In this document: positions 7,277 to 17,708 of the stretch, piece after piece
Layout: each line of letters opens with the position of its first letter
Position numbering within the stretch: the stretch's first letter is position 1
NCBI GenBank assembly: GCA_016840405.1
Contig: JAEOSK010000029.1
Span: 1-30,735, forward strand
From: Candidatus Hermodarchaeum yapensis
GTDB taxonomy: Archaea; Asgardarchaeota; Hermodarchaeia; Hermodarchaeales; Hermodarchaeaceae
Direction: 5' to 3'
DNA: 30,735 nucleotides
Program-made: the position numbers and the translations under genes
The notes under the pieces: generated by a model
The model's input: only the letters and a program-made list of their open reading frames with translations
Told to the model about the DNA's origin: nothing
The model's database searches: none

Positions 7277-8569
7277 TTGCCAAATCCTTATGAAATCAGA
7301 GAAATCCGAGCAATGGAAATTTTAGACAGTCGTGGAAATCCTACAGTTCAAGCCGAGGTGCTTACCCTAGAGGGGTATGGAAGAGCCATGGTTCCCTCCG
7401 GCGCTTCAAAGGGCCAATTCGAAGCAGCCGAGTTACGTGATGGAAACCCCCAACGTTATCATGGTCGCGGTGTCTTAAAAGCCGTGGATAACATTCTCAA
7501 CATTATCGCACCAGCTTTGATTGGAATGGACGCACGGGAACAGAAAACAATAGATGATAAGCTACGTAAATTGGATGGGACACCAAATAAAGGTCGTTTA
7601 GGCGCAAATGCCATTTTAGGCATTTCCTTGGCTGTGGCGAAGGCAGCATCAGATACCAGCATTCAGCATCTCTTCGAATACTTAGCCAAACGGGATGAGT
7701 ACATATTACCTATTCCTATGATGAACATCATCAATGGGGGGATCCATGCAGGGAATGAATTGGCAATACAAGAATTCATGATTATGCCCTTGGGGTTTGA
7801 CAACTTCAACAAAGCCCTTCGTGCTGGAGTGCAAATATATCACACCCTCGGAAAGGTACTCCTTCAGAAATATGGTATATCAGGAAAGAATCTTGGTGAT
7901 GAAGGAGGATTCGCTCCACCAATGCTAAAAACCCGTGAAGCATTGAACGCCATCGAGGCTGCCATTGAACAGGAAGGGTACAAGCCAGGAAAAGAAATTG
8001 CATTAGCATTGGATGCAGCTGCAAACGAATTTCATGCAAAAGGAAAATACTCCATTGATGGGCGAGAATTACCTGCAGACGAATTGTATGAATACTATCG
8101 TGTCCTCTGTGATGAATATCCAATCATTTCTATTGAAGACCCTTTTGAAGAGAACGATTATGAAAGCTTCACCGCACTAACTCAGAAACTTGGTAAATCG
8201 ATTCAAATCGTTGGCGATGACATCTTCGTTTCAAATATCGAACGATTAAAGAAAGGCATTGAAATGGGGGCTGCCAACTCACTATTACTTAAGGTCAACC
8301 AAATTGGGACACTCACTGAAGCAACGGATGCGGCACACCTTGCAGGCTCTAGCGGGTATACTGTTGTTGTAAGCCATCGAAGTGGGGAAACCGAAAACAC
8401 GTTTATTGCTGACCTCTCAGTGGCCCTGTCCTGTGGTCAAATTAAGACTGGTGCACCTGCACGAGGTGAACGAACAGCAAAATACAATCGCCTCACCAAA
8501 ATCTCTCATGATTTGGGACCAAAAGGACACTATGCTGGAACACAATTTCGGAAGTATAGAGTCAGCTAA
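7277..8569 (+). CDS. eno: Enolase
   Basis: EILDSRGNPTV, VPSGAS, GDEGGFAP, SIEDPF, VGDD, LLKVNQIGT, SHRSGET, QIKTGAP, RGERTAKYN; TTG start with GGAGG. Confidence 0.98.
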   Translation: MPNPYEIREIRAMEILDSRGNPTVQAEVLTLEGYGRAMVPSGASKGQFEAAELRDGNPQRYHGRGVLKAVDNILNIIAPALIGMDAREQKTIDDKLRKLDGTPNKGRLGANAILGISLAVAKAASDTSIQHLFEYLAKRDEYILPIPMMNIINGGIHAGNELAIQEFMIMPLGFDNFNKALRAGVQIYHTLGKVLLQKYGISGKNLGDEGGFAPPMLKTREALNAIEAAIEQEGYKPGKEIALALDAAANEFHAKGKYSIDGRELPADELYEYYRVLCDEYPIISIEDPFEENDYESFTALTQKLGKSIQIVGDDIFVSNIERLKKGIEMGAANSLLLKVNQIGTLTEATDAAHLAGSSGYTVVVSHRSGETENTFIADLSVALSCGQIKTGAPARGERTAKYNRLTKISHDLGPKGHYAGTQFRKYRVS

Positions 8570-8595
8570 CACCCTTTCAAAAATTACGGGGTAGA

Positions 8596-9132
8596 CTAAA
8601 AACCAATTTGCTTGCGCAGTTCTTCAGGTGCTTTGTCGAGATGAAGTTTGCAGGGAGTAGGAAGCTTCATGGATGCCCGGCGAAGGGCGTTCTTGGCAAT
8701 ATCAAGATGCGGGTAATTTACTTCCAAGGTTAGTATCGGTTGACCGGATTTTACCCGTGCAGCTAAGGCAAAGGGCTTGCCGAAGGAGCGACGCATGCCT
8801 TCTTGAATACGGTCGGCTCCTGCAACGGCCATCATCTTCTTTTCGCGGAGAATTTGGTGTGGATAGGTTCGAATCCATAAAAAGTAATTTTCTGCTCCCA
8901 GCTCTTTCGTGAGATAGCGGTTGGCGGAAACTCGCATTGCCTCTAAGGCGGAGTGACGAATTTGCACGGCTTCTTTAGCCAAGAGGCTAATTGTCAGTTG
9001 GAAATTTCGGTTCCGTTTTTTCCCCATTCGCCACAAGACGACTTTGTTAACTGGCATCCGCTTGACATACTCTTTGCGTGTATACGGTGGACGTTTAATG
9101 TGTCTATAGCAGTGTCCTGGTCTAGCAGGCAT
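8596..9132 (-). CDS. rpl10e: 50S ribosomal protein uL16 (L10e)
   Basis: RPGHCYR, QIRHSALEAMRV, YPHQILREKKM, GADRIQEGMRRSFGKP. Confidence 0.97.
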   Translation of the reverse strand: MPARPGHCYRHIKRPPYTRKEYVKRMPVNKVVLWRMGKKRNRNFQLTISLLAKEAVQIRHSALEAMRVSANRYLTKELGAENYFLWIRTYPHQILREKKMMAVAGADRIQEGMRRSFGKPFALAARVKSGQPILTLEVNYPHLDIAKNALRRASMKLPTPCKLHLDKAPEELRKQIGF

Positions 9133-9228
9133 TTTGAATAATCGCCTCTGGGTTTCAGGGTAGGGAGTAGTGCAAATCTCGGGGTCTTATTAATCTTACG
9201 TGCTGACAAGCTAGGAATCTGATGAAAA

Positions 9229-10395
9229 TTATGATGTAAAGATCTGGATTACATCTTGATCTTCTAATACGAAGGTGAATCCAACTTTCTTCTTCATTTG
9301 TCCTGTGTGCATTCGATAGACAATGGCATACCGGAAGTTTTTGTGGAAATCACTATGAAGACGTTTCGCTAAATCCTCCACGGTAGATCCTTGGGGTAAA
9401 ATTAAAGGTTTGTCACCAATTTCACCAGAGCTTTTTCGGGTGAAGATTCGGATAACTCCAAGTCCTTCAAAGATTCCTGCACCAGCAATTCTAATCTCCT
9501 TGTCTTTTTCCACTGAAACAGGATAGATTTGAAACATCTTTCCATATTCCGCCTGCAGTGTTTTGAAATTCTGAGAACTAGCCGGCAGATCACCTTTAGT
9601 ACCAATAATGATTGCCGGGGTGTATTGTGTCCGACTGTCGAGAACCTCAATGAAATCCTCCAAAGTAGCAGTACCACGAAATTGCAGAGAACAATTGTGA
9701 ATTCGCCGTCGACGAAGGAGTTGTCGAATAAGTTCTGGATCCTCTTGGAAGTTAGTGCCTCCAATAATATGAATTCCACCACTCCCGGTCTTCGCAAAAC
9801 GAATGGGTGGTGGGTCCTTATTGAGTTTAATTCGCGCCTTTTCTAAAGTGCTCACCAAGAACTCTACTTGGGGTAGAGGGGGTTTAGAAAGATCGATAAC
9901 TAGTACTACAAGATCCGCGTTTCGAACGCCTCCCAATATTTGACGACCTACACTACTGTCGTCCATTCCCTCAAATAACGCAGGCATCTCGATGATTTGA
10001 ATATCAGTTCCGCCATATTTGAAAACGCCTGGTTCTGGCAGTTGGGTAGTAAATTCATAATCGCCAATTTTTGCTTTTGCACCAGTTAACCGATTGAGAA
10101 GAGCGCTTTTCCCTGAACTAGTTAACCCGACTAATACTACTTGTCCTGCACCCTCTTTGGCTATAGAGTAGGTTGGTCCTCCCTTTGCCATTTTTCGTCG
10201 TGCACGTCGCTCTTCTTGTTCCTGGCGTAGGACTGTTAGTCGATGGCGGTAATGTGCGACCATTTTTTCTGAGGATTTATGTTTGGGGATAAGTGATATG
10301 AATTTTTCAAGCTTCGCTATTCGATCTTCTAGGATGGTTGCCTCTTCATAGGCGTTCATCGCCGCTTTTGCTTCCGCAGTTAAGTTTACTGGCAA
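9229..10395 (-). CDS. OBG-superfamily DRG-like GTPase with C-terminal TGS domain (archaeal MPxNL subtype)
   Basis: IPKHKSSE, G1 GLTSSGKS, G2 YEFTT, G4 TKGD, TGS domain (STVEDLAKRLH...LEDQDVIQI). Confidence 0.9.
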   Translation of the reverse strand: MPVNLTAEAKAAMNAYEEATILEDRIAKLEKFISLIPKHKSSEKMVAHYRHRLTVLRQEQEERRARRKMAKGGPTYSIAKEGAGQVVLVGLTSSGKSALLNRLTGAKAKIGDYEFTTQLPEPGVFKYGGTDIQIIEMPALFEGMDDSSVGRQILGGVRNADLVVLVIDLSKPPLPQVEFLVSTLEKARIKLNKDPPPIRFAKTGSGGIHIIGGTNFQEDPELIRQLLRRRRIHNCSLQFRGTATLEDFIEVLDSRTQYTPAIIIGTKGDLPASSQNFKTLQAEYGKMFQIYPVSVEKDKEIRIAGAGIFEGLGVIRIFTRKSSGEIGDKPLILPQGSTVEDLAKRLHSDFHKNFRYAIVYRMHTGQMKKKVGFTFVLEDQDVIQIFTS

Positions 10396-10448
10396 GGAAC
10401 CACCCGCTTTTCATTCAGCATCAATGACTTCTAAAGCATTGTGTTCAA

Positions 10449-11063
10449 TTAGGGTTGTTGTATCGGTTTACGTGCTAAGAATAATAGTAAACGCTCAAAG
10501 AAAAATGCCTTCTCCTCTTTCACTTGGACGGAGTGGAATTGTTGTTTCAGCTGAGTTCGAATGTGTTCTGGTTCGGAGAGTGAAGACTGAATTAATAGTA
10601 ATCTTCCATCTGCATGAAGGTAGCGTGAACATTGAGCAATGAATTTCTCAGTGATTTCATAGCCTTTCTCACCACCAGACCATGCTGGATCAAAAGCGGT
10701 ATCGGCCTTTGTGCCGGGAAGATAAGGTGGGTTAAAGGTCAGTAAAGAAAATTTTTCATCCGAGTGAATCGGGTCAAAGAGATTTCCTTGGCGTATCTCG
10801 ACCAAGGAGTCAAGATTATGAAGCGCAACATTTTTCTTCGCGTTTTGAACCGCAAGGTCAGATTGATCCGTTGCAACCACCTGTGCCCCTGCTTTTGCGG
10901 CAACAATGGCTACGAGCCCACAACCCGTCCCCACTTCTAACATTGTGTCACCAAGAGCAATACCAAGATTCGCACAAAGCATGAACGTGTCATCAGACGG
11001 TTCATAGACTCCGTCATCTACAACGACCCAGACATCTTCATAAAACGCTGCTGAAGGACTCAT
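10449..11063 (-). CDS. HemK2/Mtq2-like (release factor Gln) methyltransferase
   Basis: VYEPSDDTF, LEVGTGCG, FNPPYLP, WSGGEKG, LLIQSSL. Confidence 0.9.
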   Translation of the reverse strand: MSPSAAFYEDVWVVVDDGVYEPSDDTFMLCANLGIALGDTMLEVGTGCGLVAIVAAKAGAQVVATDQSDLAVQNAKKNVALHNLDSLVEIRQGNLFDPIHSDEKFSLLTFNPPYLPGTKADTAFDPAWSGGEKGYEITEKFIAQCSRYLHADGRLLLIQSSLSEPEHIRTQLKQQFHSVQVKEEKAFFFERLLLFLARKPIQQP

Positions 11064-11884
11064 ACCTGCCGGTCCTCATAGATGATGTTCGAAATCTCTG
11101 CTATCTTGTCTGGTTCCAGCTCTTCCACTCGTTGCTCTAGCCACGGAATTTTTTCCTGTAATTGTTGAAAATCATTTTGACCTAAGAAGGACTTCAAAGG
11201 TGTTCGAATCTTTTTTCTTCGTTGGTTAAAAAGCACGGTCGTGATTTGTCCAAACAGACTCACATCTTTTACAGGGAATGTAGGTTGTGAACGTCGGTGA
11301 ATTCGAACGAGTGCAGATGATACTTCTGGGGGCGGGTAGAACGATTCAGGGGTAACCAACTCTAACAATTCCACTGCTGCATAATATGCTGCCATCACAG
11401 TTAATCTTCCATATTGTTTCGATCCAGGTGTTGCTGTTAGACGTTCTCCAAATTCCTTTTGAAGCATTAAAACAGCCATAGGGATATTTGACTCAAAGAA
11501 CTTGAATAACACAGGTGAGGAAATACTGTATGGAAGATTGGCGATGAGTTTGTCACTTTGCGGCCATTCGATTTTCACGGCATCGCCTGGAATTACCTTA
11601 ATGCGTTGATTTGATTCTAGTTCCTGAGAAAGAATCCGAAAAAGTTTCACATCTTTTTCAATCGTGTAAACCTGGAGTACGTGATCGGCTAATGCCTGTG
11701 TTAAAATTCCGTTTCCTGTTCCAACTTCTAGGATTCGGTCATCCAGGGAGAGGTCGGCTGCCTGAATAATACGTTCTAGTACTCTTTCGTTAATGAGGAA
11801 ATGTTGACCTAGTCTTTTTGACACTAGGACATTATGCGTCTTCAGCCACTGTTGGGTCCGGGTGAGAAGTGTTCCCGGGGTCAT
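11060..11884 (-). CDS. rsmA: 16S rRNA dimethyladenosine transferase KsgA/RsmA/Dim1
   Basis: KRLGQHFL, LEVGTGNG, ANLPYSISS, MLQKEF, YGRLTV, FYPPPEVSS. Confidence 0.96.
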   Translation of the reverse strand: MTPGTLLTRTQQWLKTHNVLVSKRLGQHFLINERVLERIIQAADLSLDDRILEVGTGNGILTQALADHVLQVYTIEKDVKLFRILSQELESNQRIKVIPGDAVKIEWPQSDKLIANLPYSISSPVLFKFFESNIPMAVLMLQKEFGERLTATPGSKQYGRLTVMAAYYAAVELLELVTPESFYPPPEVSSALVRIHRRSQPTFPVKDVSLFGQITTVLFNQRRKKIRTPLKSFLGQNDFQQLQEKIPWLEQRVEELEPDKIAEISNIIYEDRQV

Positions 11885-11982
11885 CTTTCATACAATCCTG
11901 GAAGTGCAATGAGTTTTTTTTCAGATGGCTTCTTAGCTTTTGTCAATCAAAAAGAGCGGTGTTGATGCTATTAAGGCTCCGA

Positions 11983-12582
11983 TTAACTTCGACCTTGTTC
12001 CTTTTCTGCAACAGGTTTTCGGGTGAAGAGGTTGTATTTGTCTTCACCACCCAATTCAATAAGGATACGCTTCACGATTAGTTCCTTGGGATTGCGGATT
12101 TGGGTTCTATCTGCGACATCCTGGAAGCTAGTGAAAGGCGCTTTGCGGCGTTCTTCTAATAGATCCCACATAAGTTTCTTACCGATGCCCGGGAGAAGTT
12201 CAAGGCTATGCATTCGGGTTGTTAGAGGTCGAGCATTGTTGAAGAAGTCTACGAACCGCTGCTCCGACCTTTCTACAAGCTTTTCAATAACAAAGGGGAG
12301 CTCACTTCGAGAAGATGCCGTTAACACTTCGAAGGTGATGCGGCGTTTCACGTGGTCAATTTTATCGCGTCGATCACGTCCAATGAAGATAGATTCTTGT
12401 GGGTCGAATCGTGCCCCCTTACGTGGAACCAGTTCAAGGAGGGTGAAATAGGTGTCACCAACGGCTTGGACGATGGGTTCCTTTTTGAAGATCGGTCGTG
12501 TGTCATCTGGGTACCCACGCGGTAAATGGTCTAAGACATATGCATATTCTTCAAACTTCTTCGTGGGGGGACGTGTTGACAT
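11983..12582 (-). CDS. DUF655 predicted RNA-binding protein (HhH)
   Basis: EEYAYVLD, FTLLEL, FFNNARPLTTRMHSLELLPGIGKK; conserved rpl21e-rpoF-DUF655-ksgA synteny. Confidence 0.92.
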   Translation of the reverse strand: MSTRPPTKKFEEYAYVLDHLPRGYPDDTRPIFKKEPIVQAVGDTYFTLLELVPRKGARFDPQESIFIGRDRRDKIDHVKRRITFEVLTASSRSELPFVIEKLVERSEQRFVDFFNNARPLTTRMHSLELLPGIGKKLMWDLLEERRKAPFTSFQDVADRTQIRNPKELIVKRILIELGGEDKYNLFTRKPVAEKEQGRS

Positions 12583-12648
12583 TGTTTTACCTCTCTAAAA
12601 TAATGTAAAGGAAGGTTCAGCGGGTTTATCTCTTTTCCCGTTTATTAC

Positions 12649-13014
12649 CTAGGACTTCTTCTTTTTCTTCGCTGCCTCCTTCGGTTTGGCTGCTTCAAGA
12701 AGCTCTAAAATCTCGGAAATCTGATCAGCGGAATAAGTCTGAGGTGCTCTGGCAAGAAAAGCAGCAAGTTCGTCCGTTGTTGAGGGAGCAATATCAACTA
12801 GTTGAATAGCTAACGGCTCCTCCATATCGTACTTGCTCTTAAGCTTTTTAACAAGAGATCTTGCACTGCGGGCGGAAATTGAAGAAAACTTGACAGTATG
12901 ATCTAAGGTAACTCGCTGAATGTAACTTAATTCAGCTTTCTTCCCCCGCTTCGTTAGTGTGCTCTTGACCTCTGCCAATGTAAGCGGTTCTGATTCGATG
13001 ACTTCTTTACTCAT
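12649..13014 (-). CDS. rpoF: RNA polymerase subunit Rpo4 (F)
   Basis: EPLTLAEVK, ELSYIQRVTLDH, AIQLVDIAPST; synteny. Start placed at ATG 13014. Confidence 0.92.
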   Translation of the reverse strand: MSKEVIESEPLTLAEVKSTLTKRGKKAELSYIQRVTLDHTVKFSSISARSARSLVKKLKSKYDMEEPLAIQLVDIAPSTTDELAAFLARAPQTYSADQISEILELLEAAKPKEAAKKKKKS

Positions 13015-13033
13015 ACTGGACCCCCCAACCGGA

Positions 13034-13339
13034 TTATTTCGGTTGACCACCACTTGGTCGTAAATGCTCGGGACGAATAATTAGTAGTTTAACCTTCTTT
13101 CCTAGTGTGGTTTCCACTTCATAGGAATGACCACGACGTCCTCGAATAATCCCAACTCGACCATGGTATCGACGATGAGGTTGACCACCATGAATAGATG
13201 GGTCAATTATGATGTCGACTCGTTCGTCTTCTTCGTAGATTCGTAGCAACTTCCCAAGACTAGGCAGGCCACGTTCGCGGACTTTTTTTGTCATCATTTT
13301 CCGGCTACCGACACGATAACCGTGAGATCGTTTTACCAT
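13034..13339 (-). CDS. rpl21e: 50S ribosomal protein eL21
   Basis: RSHGYR, IDPSIHGGQPHRRYHGRVG, IRPEHLRP. Confidence 0.97.
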   Translation of the reverse strand: MVKRSHGYRVGSRKMMTKKVRERGLPSLGKLLRIYEEDERVDIIIDPSIHGGQPHRRYHGRVGIIRGRRGHSYEVETTLGKKVKLLIIRPEHLRPSGGQPK

Positions 13340-14688
13340 GGTAATTGGTCCTCCTCAATTTCTACCGTTACGACATCTAACTGTTTACAAACAGCTGGTG
13401 TTCCCAGGAGTTCTGCAATACTTGGTACAGTGCGTCCCTCATCGCCCGATATAAATTCTTTGACATATAAACCACCCTGACAACTGATGGTTAGTTCAAA
13501 GGATTTGGAGCTAACGGGTACAATTTCTAAGGTATGTATCCGTTTCTTCCGAGTTCGGTTAGCGCGACGGTGCAGGACGCGGTGCGGTGTTCGTTGGTTT
13601 ACCTCTAGGGGTAAGGATACACTCTGGAGCGTTTGCAGCGTGTCTTGGCGGATGGGCGACTCCACATAGACAAGCGCCTTATAAACCTTTTTGGAAGTCG
13701 TAGCGCCTCCCTTCACGTGTTTTACAACATCTTTGTTAGCAAAGCGCAAATTACTAACTTTCACCTTTCCCTTGGTTGACTTGTTAATCCGTTTAATGGC
13801 TTTTTGCAAGTCAATGGTTCGTGTGTGAGGGCTAAGAATTTCAATGACAAAGGGACGCCCACTTCCAAGCATAAGGGCATCAATGTCCTCGCGACCTGCT
13901 CCATGGAATTTCACATCTTTGCCTTGAGTGAGTTCGAGGAGAACAGGTGCAATGAGTTCTTCTACTGATTCTGCGTACATTTTCCCAGTGTTTTTACACC
14001 GTTGACACCCTTTTCCGCCACATTCCCGGCAAGGCCAACGCGTTTGAGGAATTCCCCGTTTGAGTTTCTGGTACCGACCGTAGATAAACAGAGAATGTAC
14101 TTCCAAATCAACAGAAAATTTAGGAATCTGAATTAAGGCAACAACGTCTGGAGATTCGAAATCAACGTCTATACCCTTTTCTTCGGTGACTAGTTTCCCA
14201 ATTTCTCGATTCAATTCAGCCTTGATGGGTTCACCTGAATCAATTTGTAGTTCACTTCTCAACTGCTCCTCATTTTCAATAATAGTTGGGTCAATTCGGG
14301 TTCCGATAAGAAGTGAGGAAATTTCCCAGTCTTGGAGGCTTTGAATTGCTGCCTGTGCTGCTTCAGGAAGCCGATCCATTACGCCCTGACAGATATCACA
14401 AACTTGGCTGGGTTTGATATCAGTTATTCCTTCCTTGAGGAGAAATTCTCTGGCTGGTTGATACTGGCCATGTTCTACTAAGTGTCGAATGAGAGTTAAG
14501 CCCTGCTTAGGATTGTCATGATATGTCTCAGTGCCTGTCATCAGTAGGAGCGTTTTCAGTGCTAGTCCTCGATCCTTGTTGGTTAATCCGTAGCCTTGCA
14601 TAGCAAATTGTCTACCTAAACACCAATCACAAATGGTGTACTTGCGAAGAATTCGTTTTGCACTAGTAATCGTTTTACCTAAAGTCAT
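13333..14688 (-). CDS. pus10: tRNA pseudouridine(54/55) synthase Pus10
   Basis: CDWCLGRQF, GRYQKLKRGIPQTRW, FHGAGREDIDALMLGSGRPF, QRTPHRV, GGLYVKEFISGD. Confidence 0.96.
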   Translation of the reverse strand: MTLGKTITSAKRILRKYTICDWCLGRQFAMQGYGLTNKDRGLALKTLLLMTGTETYHDNPKQGLTLIRHLVEHGQYQPAREFLLKEGITDIKPSQVCDICQGVMDRLPEAAQAAIQSLQDWEISSLLIGTRIDPTIIENEEQLRSELQIDSGEPIKAELNREIGKLVTEEKGIDVDFESPDVVALIQIPKFSVDLEVHSLFIYGRYQKLKRGIPQTRWPCRECGGKGCQRCKNTGKMYAESVEELIAPVLLELTQGKDVKFHGAGREDIDALMLGSGRPFVIEILSPHTRTIDLQKAIKRINKSTKGKVKVSNLRFANKDVVKHVKGGATTSKKVYKALVYVESPIRQDTLQTLQSVSLPLEVNQRTPHRVLHRRANRTRKKRIHTLEIVPVSSKSFELTISCQGGLYVKEFISGDEGRTVPSIAELLGTPAVCKQLDVVTVEIEEDQLPW

Positions 14689-14715
14689 CAAGCCAAGGAC
14701 AACTCTGCAACTTTT

Positions 14716-15300
14716 TCAGTCTTTCTGCAGTCCAATTTCGGCTGAATCAATGGCATGAACCACTTCAAGAATGGCTAAGTCTCGGTGAAGGTTTTTTGAA
14801 TAAAAATCTGGGTTATAGGTTGCCAAGTCTTTCTGTTCCCATTCTTTGGAAAGGGGGCAGTACATCACCAGTTTATCAACCGAGGTGACCAATTTTTGCC
14901 ATGTTGAGCTCTCGCCGGGAACCAGAAGCTTTACCTCGTCACGAGTTTCATTCGAAAGAACTTCGAGAGCTAGTTTATCTGAAAGGGTCACACCATGGGG
15001 AATCTTAGTTCTCGGTTTTCGAAAGGCTTCTTGTCCGCGTAATATCACATGTAAGATTGATCGTTCATCTGTTCCCAGATATCGAATTGTGTTCGGGTCA
15101 AGGGTCATAGTTAACGGACCCAGTTGTGTAAAACCAATTGATATTCGCACCCATTTTCGGAGTGCATGAGACACACAAAAACCTGCGCGGATGCAATGGG
15201 CAATGTCAACATATGGTTTAGTGATTGCGCCGATATCTACTTCTGTTTTTGTTACTTCATAAAGGGCAGGGGATTCAAGGATTATGTGCAGGAGGGGCAA
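14716..15300 (-). CDS. Divergent TrmY-like SPOUT protein (tRNA m1Psi54 methyltransferase family)
   Basis: DIAHCIRAGFCVSHALRK and IRYLGTDERS resemble TrmY; located between srp54 and pus10; C-terminal knot motifs not recognisable. Confidence 0.65.
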   Translation of the reverse strand: MPLLHIILESPALYEVTKTEVDIGAITKPYVDIAHCIRAGFCVSHALRKWVRISIGFTQLGPLTMTLDPNTIRYLGTDERSILHVILRGQEAFRKPRTKIPHGVTLSDKLALEVLSNETRDEVKLLVPGESSTWQKLVTSVDKLVMYCPLSKEWEQKDLATYNPDFYSKNLHRDLAILEVVHAIDSAEIGLQKD

Positions 15301-16668
15301 CTAGCGGCTTCCTCGCGGTAATTTTTGGTCGCCTATGGCTCCGGGCATTCCAGGAATTCGGAGACCTCCACGGCGTTTTCGGATTTGTTTTATGAATTTC
15401 TTGGATTGGCTGTACTGTTTCAAGAGTTCTTTGATGTCCTTTGGTTGAGTGCCTGATCCTCGGGCAATTCGTTGAGTGCGAGATCCTCGGATGAGTTTGG
15501 GATTTTCTAGTTCCTCATCAGTCATGGATTTCATGATAACCTTCCATTTCTCTAAGTTTTCTGTGGCAACATCTTGCATTTCTTCAGGAACTTTATACCC
15601 TAATCCCAGCATTTGGAGAATTTTACCAATGGATCCCACGTTACCCATGGCATCCATTTGGGCCATCATATCCTTCAATGAAAATTTCCCGGAAAGTAAC
15701 GCTTTCGCCAAATCCTTGTCTGGCATTGCTTCGGCGTCTTCTACTTTCTTAAGTAGAGATTCGAAGTCCGCCATGCCCAAGAGTTGTCCAACAAATTTCT
15801 TGGGTTCGAATTTTTCTAAGTCATTTACTTTCTCGCCGGTGCCAATGTATTTGATGGGTGCTCCGGTTGCCGCAACGGCGGAAAGGGCACCTCCTCCGCG
15901 GGCGGATCCATCAAGTTTTGTTACAATTATGGATCCAATCGGGGTGGCGGCGTTGAAGGCTTCAGCTTGAGTTGACGCTTGTTGACCCAATGTTCCGTCG
16001 ACAACTAGAATAATCTCGTCTGGTTTTACGGTCTTGGCAATCTGTTTCATTTCACGAATGAGACCTTTCTCTTCTTTATGTCGACCAGCTGTATCGACCA
16101 AAATAATTTCAGTTTTCTTTGATTTGTAATGTTTCACGCCTCTTTTCGCAATCGTGATGGATTCTTTCTCCTTTGGGTCACCAAAACACGGAACATCCGC
16201 TCGTTCAGAAAGCTGTTGTAATTGGTCATAAGCGCCCGCACGGAATGTGTCAGCAGCAACGATACCGACACTGTGTCCTTCTTTTTTGAGTAACTTAGCC
16301 AGCTTGACAATATTTGTTGTTTTTCCACTACCTTGGATACCAACAACGAGATAGATATTGGATTTGTTAGGTGTGAGGGTCAAAGGAACGACTTTCTGAC
16401 CCAAGATGTCTGTTATCTCCTCGTACACGACTTTCACAACGTATTCCCGTCGAGAGACACCAGGAGCAATGTCATCTTTCAACGACCGTGATTCAATGCG
16501 CTTTGTAAGATCCATGACAAGGTGGACGTTGACGTCAGCTTGGAGAAGGGCTCGCTGTAAATCTTTCACAAGCTCTTTGACTGCCTTTTCATCAACTATG
16601 GATGACCTTAAGAGCTTTTGAACCGCTTTGTGAAGCGAAGAACCTAATTTTCCTAAGACCATATTCAT
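15301..16668 (-). CDS. srp54: Signal recognition particle protein SRP54
   Basis: [44 protein letters not shown], Met-rich M domain, RIARGSG. Confidence 0.98.
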   Translation of the reverse strand: MNMVLGKLGSSLHKAVQKLLRSSIVDEKAVKELVKDLQRALLQADVNVHLVMDLTKRIESRSLKDDIAPGVSRREYVVKVVYEEITDILGQKVVPLTLTPNKSNIYLVVGIQGSGKTTNIVKLAKLLKKEGHSVGIVAADTFRAGAYDQLQQLSERADVPCFGDPKEKESITIAKRGVKHYKSKKTEIILVDTAGRHKEEKGLIREMKQIAKTVKPDEIILVVDGTLGQQASTQAEAFNAATPIGSIIVTKLDGSARGGGALSAVAATGAPIKYIGTGEKVNDLEKFEPKKFVGQLLGMADFESLLKKVEDAEAMPDKDLAKALLSGKFSLKDMMAQMDAMGNVGSIGKILQMLGLGYKVPEEMQDVATENLEKWKVIMKSMTDEELENPKLIRGSRTQRIARGSGTQPKDIKELLKQYSQSKKFIKQIRKRRGGLRIPGMPGAIGDQKLPRGSR

Positions 16669-16723
16669 TTCCTACTTCGAATGATTACTGCTCGGATAAC
16701 CCAACACGCCATATTAATTCTTT

Positions 16724-17665
16724 CTAATCTGAATCGAGCTGTTCCAACACCGCTCCAATAAGAAGCGGAAATAATAGAGTAGCATCACCAATCACGGTCT
16801 CAAAGGTGGCGGTGGCTTCGACCTTCCCCCATGAAATGCCTTCTCTTAGTTTGGCACCACTTAAGCTCCCATCCTCTTCGCGTGCTGTGGTTATTTGGAC
16901 TGCACTATTTAATCCACCACGCAAAATATTTGCACCTAAGGTGAAATGTTTGGGCAGTCCGCCACCCAGAATAATTGCACCTATCTGTTTTGCTTCATGT
17001 ACCTGGTCATAGAGGATTTGCATATCTTTGAGCCCGTTGAGTTTCAAGGGTTTCATTTGATTAAAGAGGGCAATATGAAGACCAAGCATGGAATCAAGAA
17101 TACCGGGGCAAAAAATCGGGACATTTTGTAAATATGCCTGATGCACAAAAGAGTGCAGATCCACAATATTTTCTCCAATGATTCGAATGAGTTCGGAGGG
17201 AGAAATCCCTTCACTGCGTTGCGGCTCAGAGATTTTATCGAGAATCGAATGGATGGTGGTTTCAAATTTCTCAAAACCCGCCGTTTCTATGAAAACATCA
17301 CCTGCGCGTCCCAGCTGTTGCTCAGCGAGCTCTCGGTCATCTGCCTGTAACGTTCCCTTTACATGATGCCCTCCTATTGCTTCAAGAATATCATGGACAA
17401 CATTCGCACCACTAGTTACAATCACATGAATGCGCTTTGTCTGCACAAGTCCTGCAATGATTTCTCGCAACCCGCCAGGAATCATGGGTCCTGCCATCGC
17501 TAGAAACACTAGATAATCCGGAGATTCGAAAAGATTACGTACGATATGTGTAGCCCGGGCTAACCGTCCGGCTCCCAAGACTCCAGCTTGTTGGAACTGC
17601 TTCATTAATTCGCCAATAGTCATTCCTTTCGTGATTTTCATCTGTTTGACGTATCGACGCGCCAT
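16724..17665 (-). CDS. dys: Deoxyhypusine synthase
   Basis: GPMIPGGLR, VTSGANVVHD, GGGLPKH, DGSLSGAKLREGISWGK (catalytic Lys), GDATLLFP. Confidence 0.95.
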   Translation of the reverse strand: MARRYVKQMKITKGMTIGELMKQFQQAGVLGAGRLARATHIVRNLFESPDYLVFLAMAGPMIPGGLREIIAGLVQTKRIHVIVTSGANVVHDILEAIGGHHVKGTLQADDRELAEQQLGRAGDVFIETAGFEKFETTIHSILDKISEPQRSEGISPSELIRIIGENIVDLHSFVHQAYLQNVPIFCPGILDSMLGLHIALFNQMKPLKLNGLKDMQILYDQVHEAKQIGAIILGGGLPKHFTLGANILRGGLNSAVQITTAREEDGSLSGAKLREGISWGKVEATATFETVIGDATLLFPLLIGAVLEQLDSD

Positions 17666-17708
17666 TTTCTAAAAACCAGGTTCGATTATTCAATCAAGAT
17701 CTCAGAAT

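Noticed and set aside
12649-12690. Lys-rich RpoF tail (AAKKKKKS) as an NLS-like signal
   Set aside because: Low-complexity basic tails are common; no supporting evidence.
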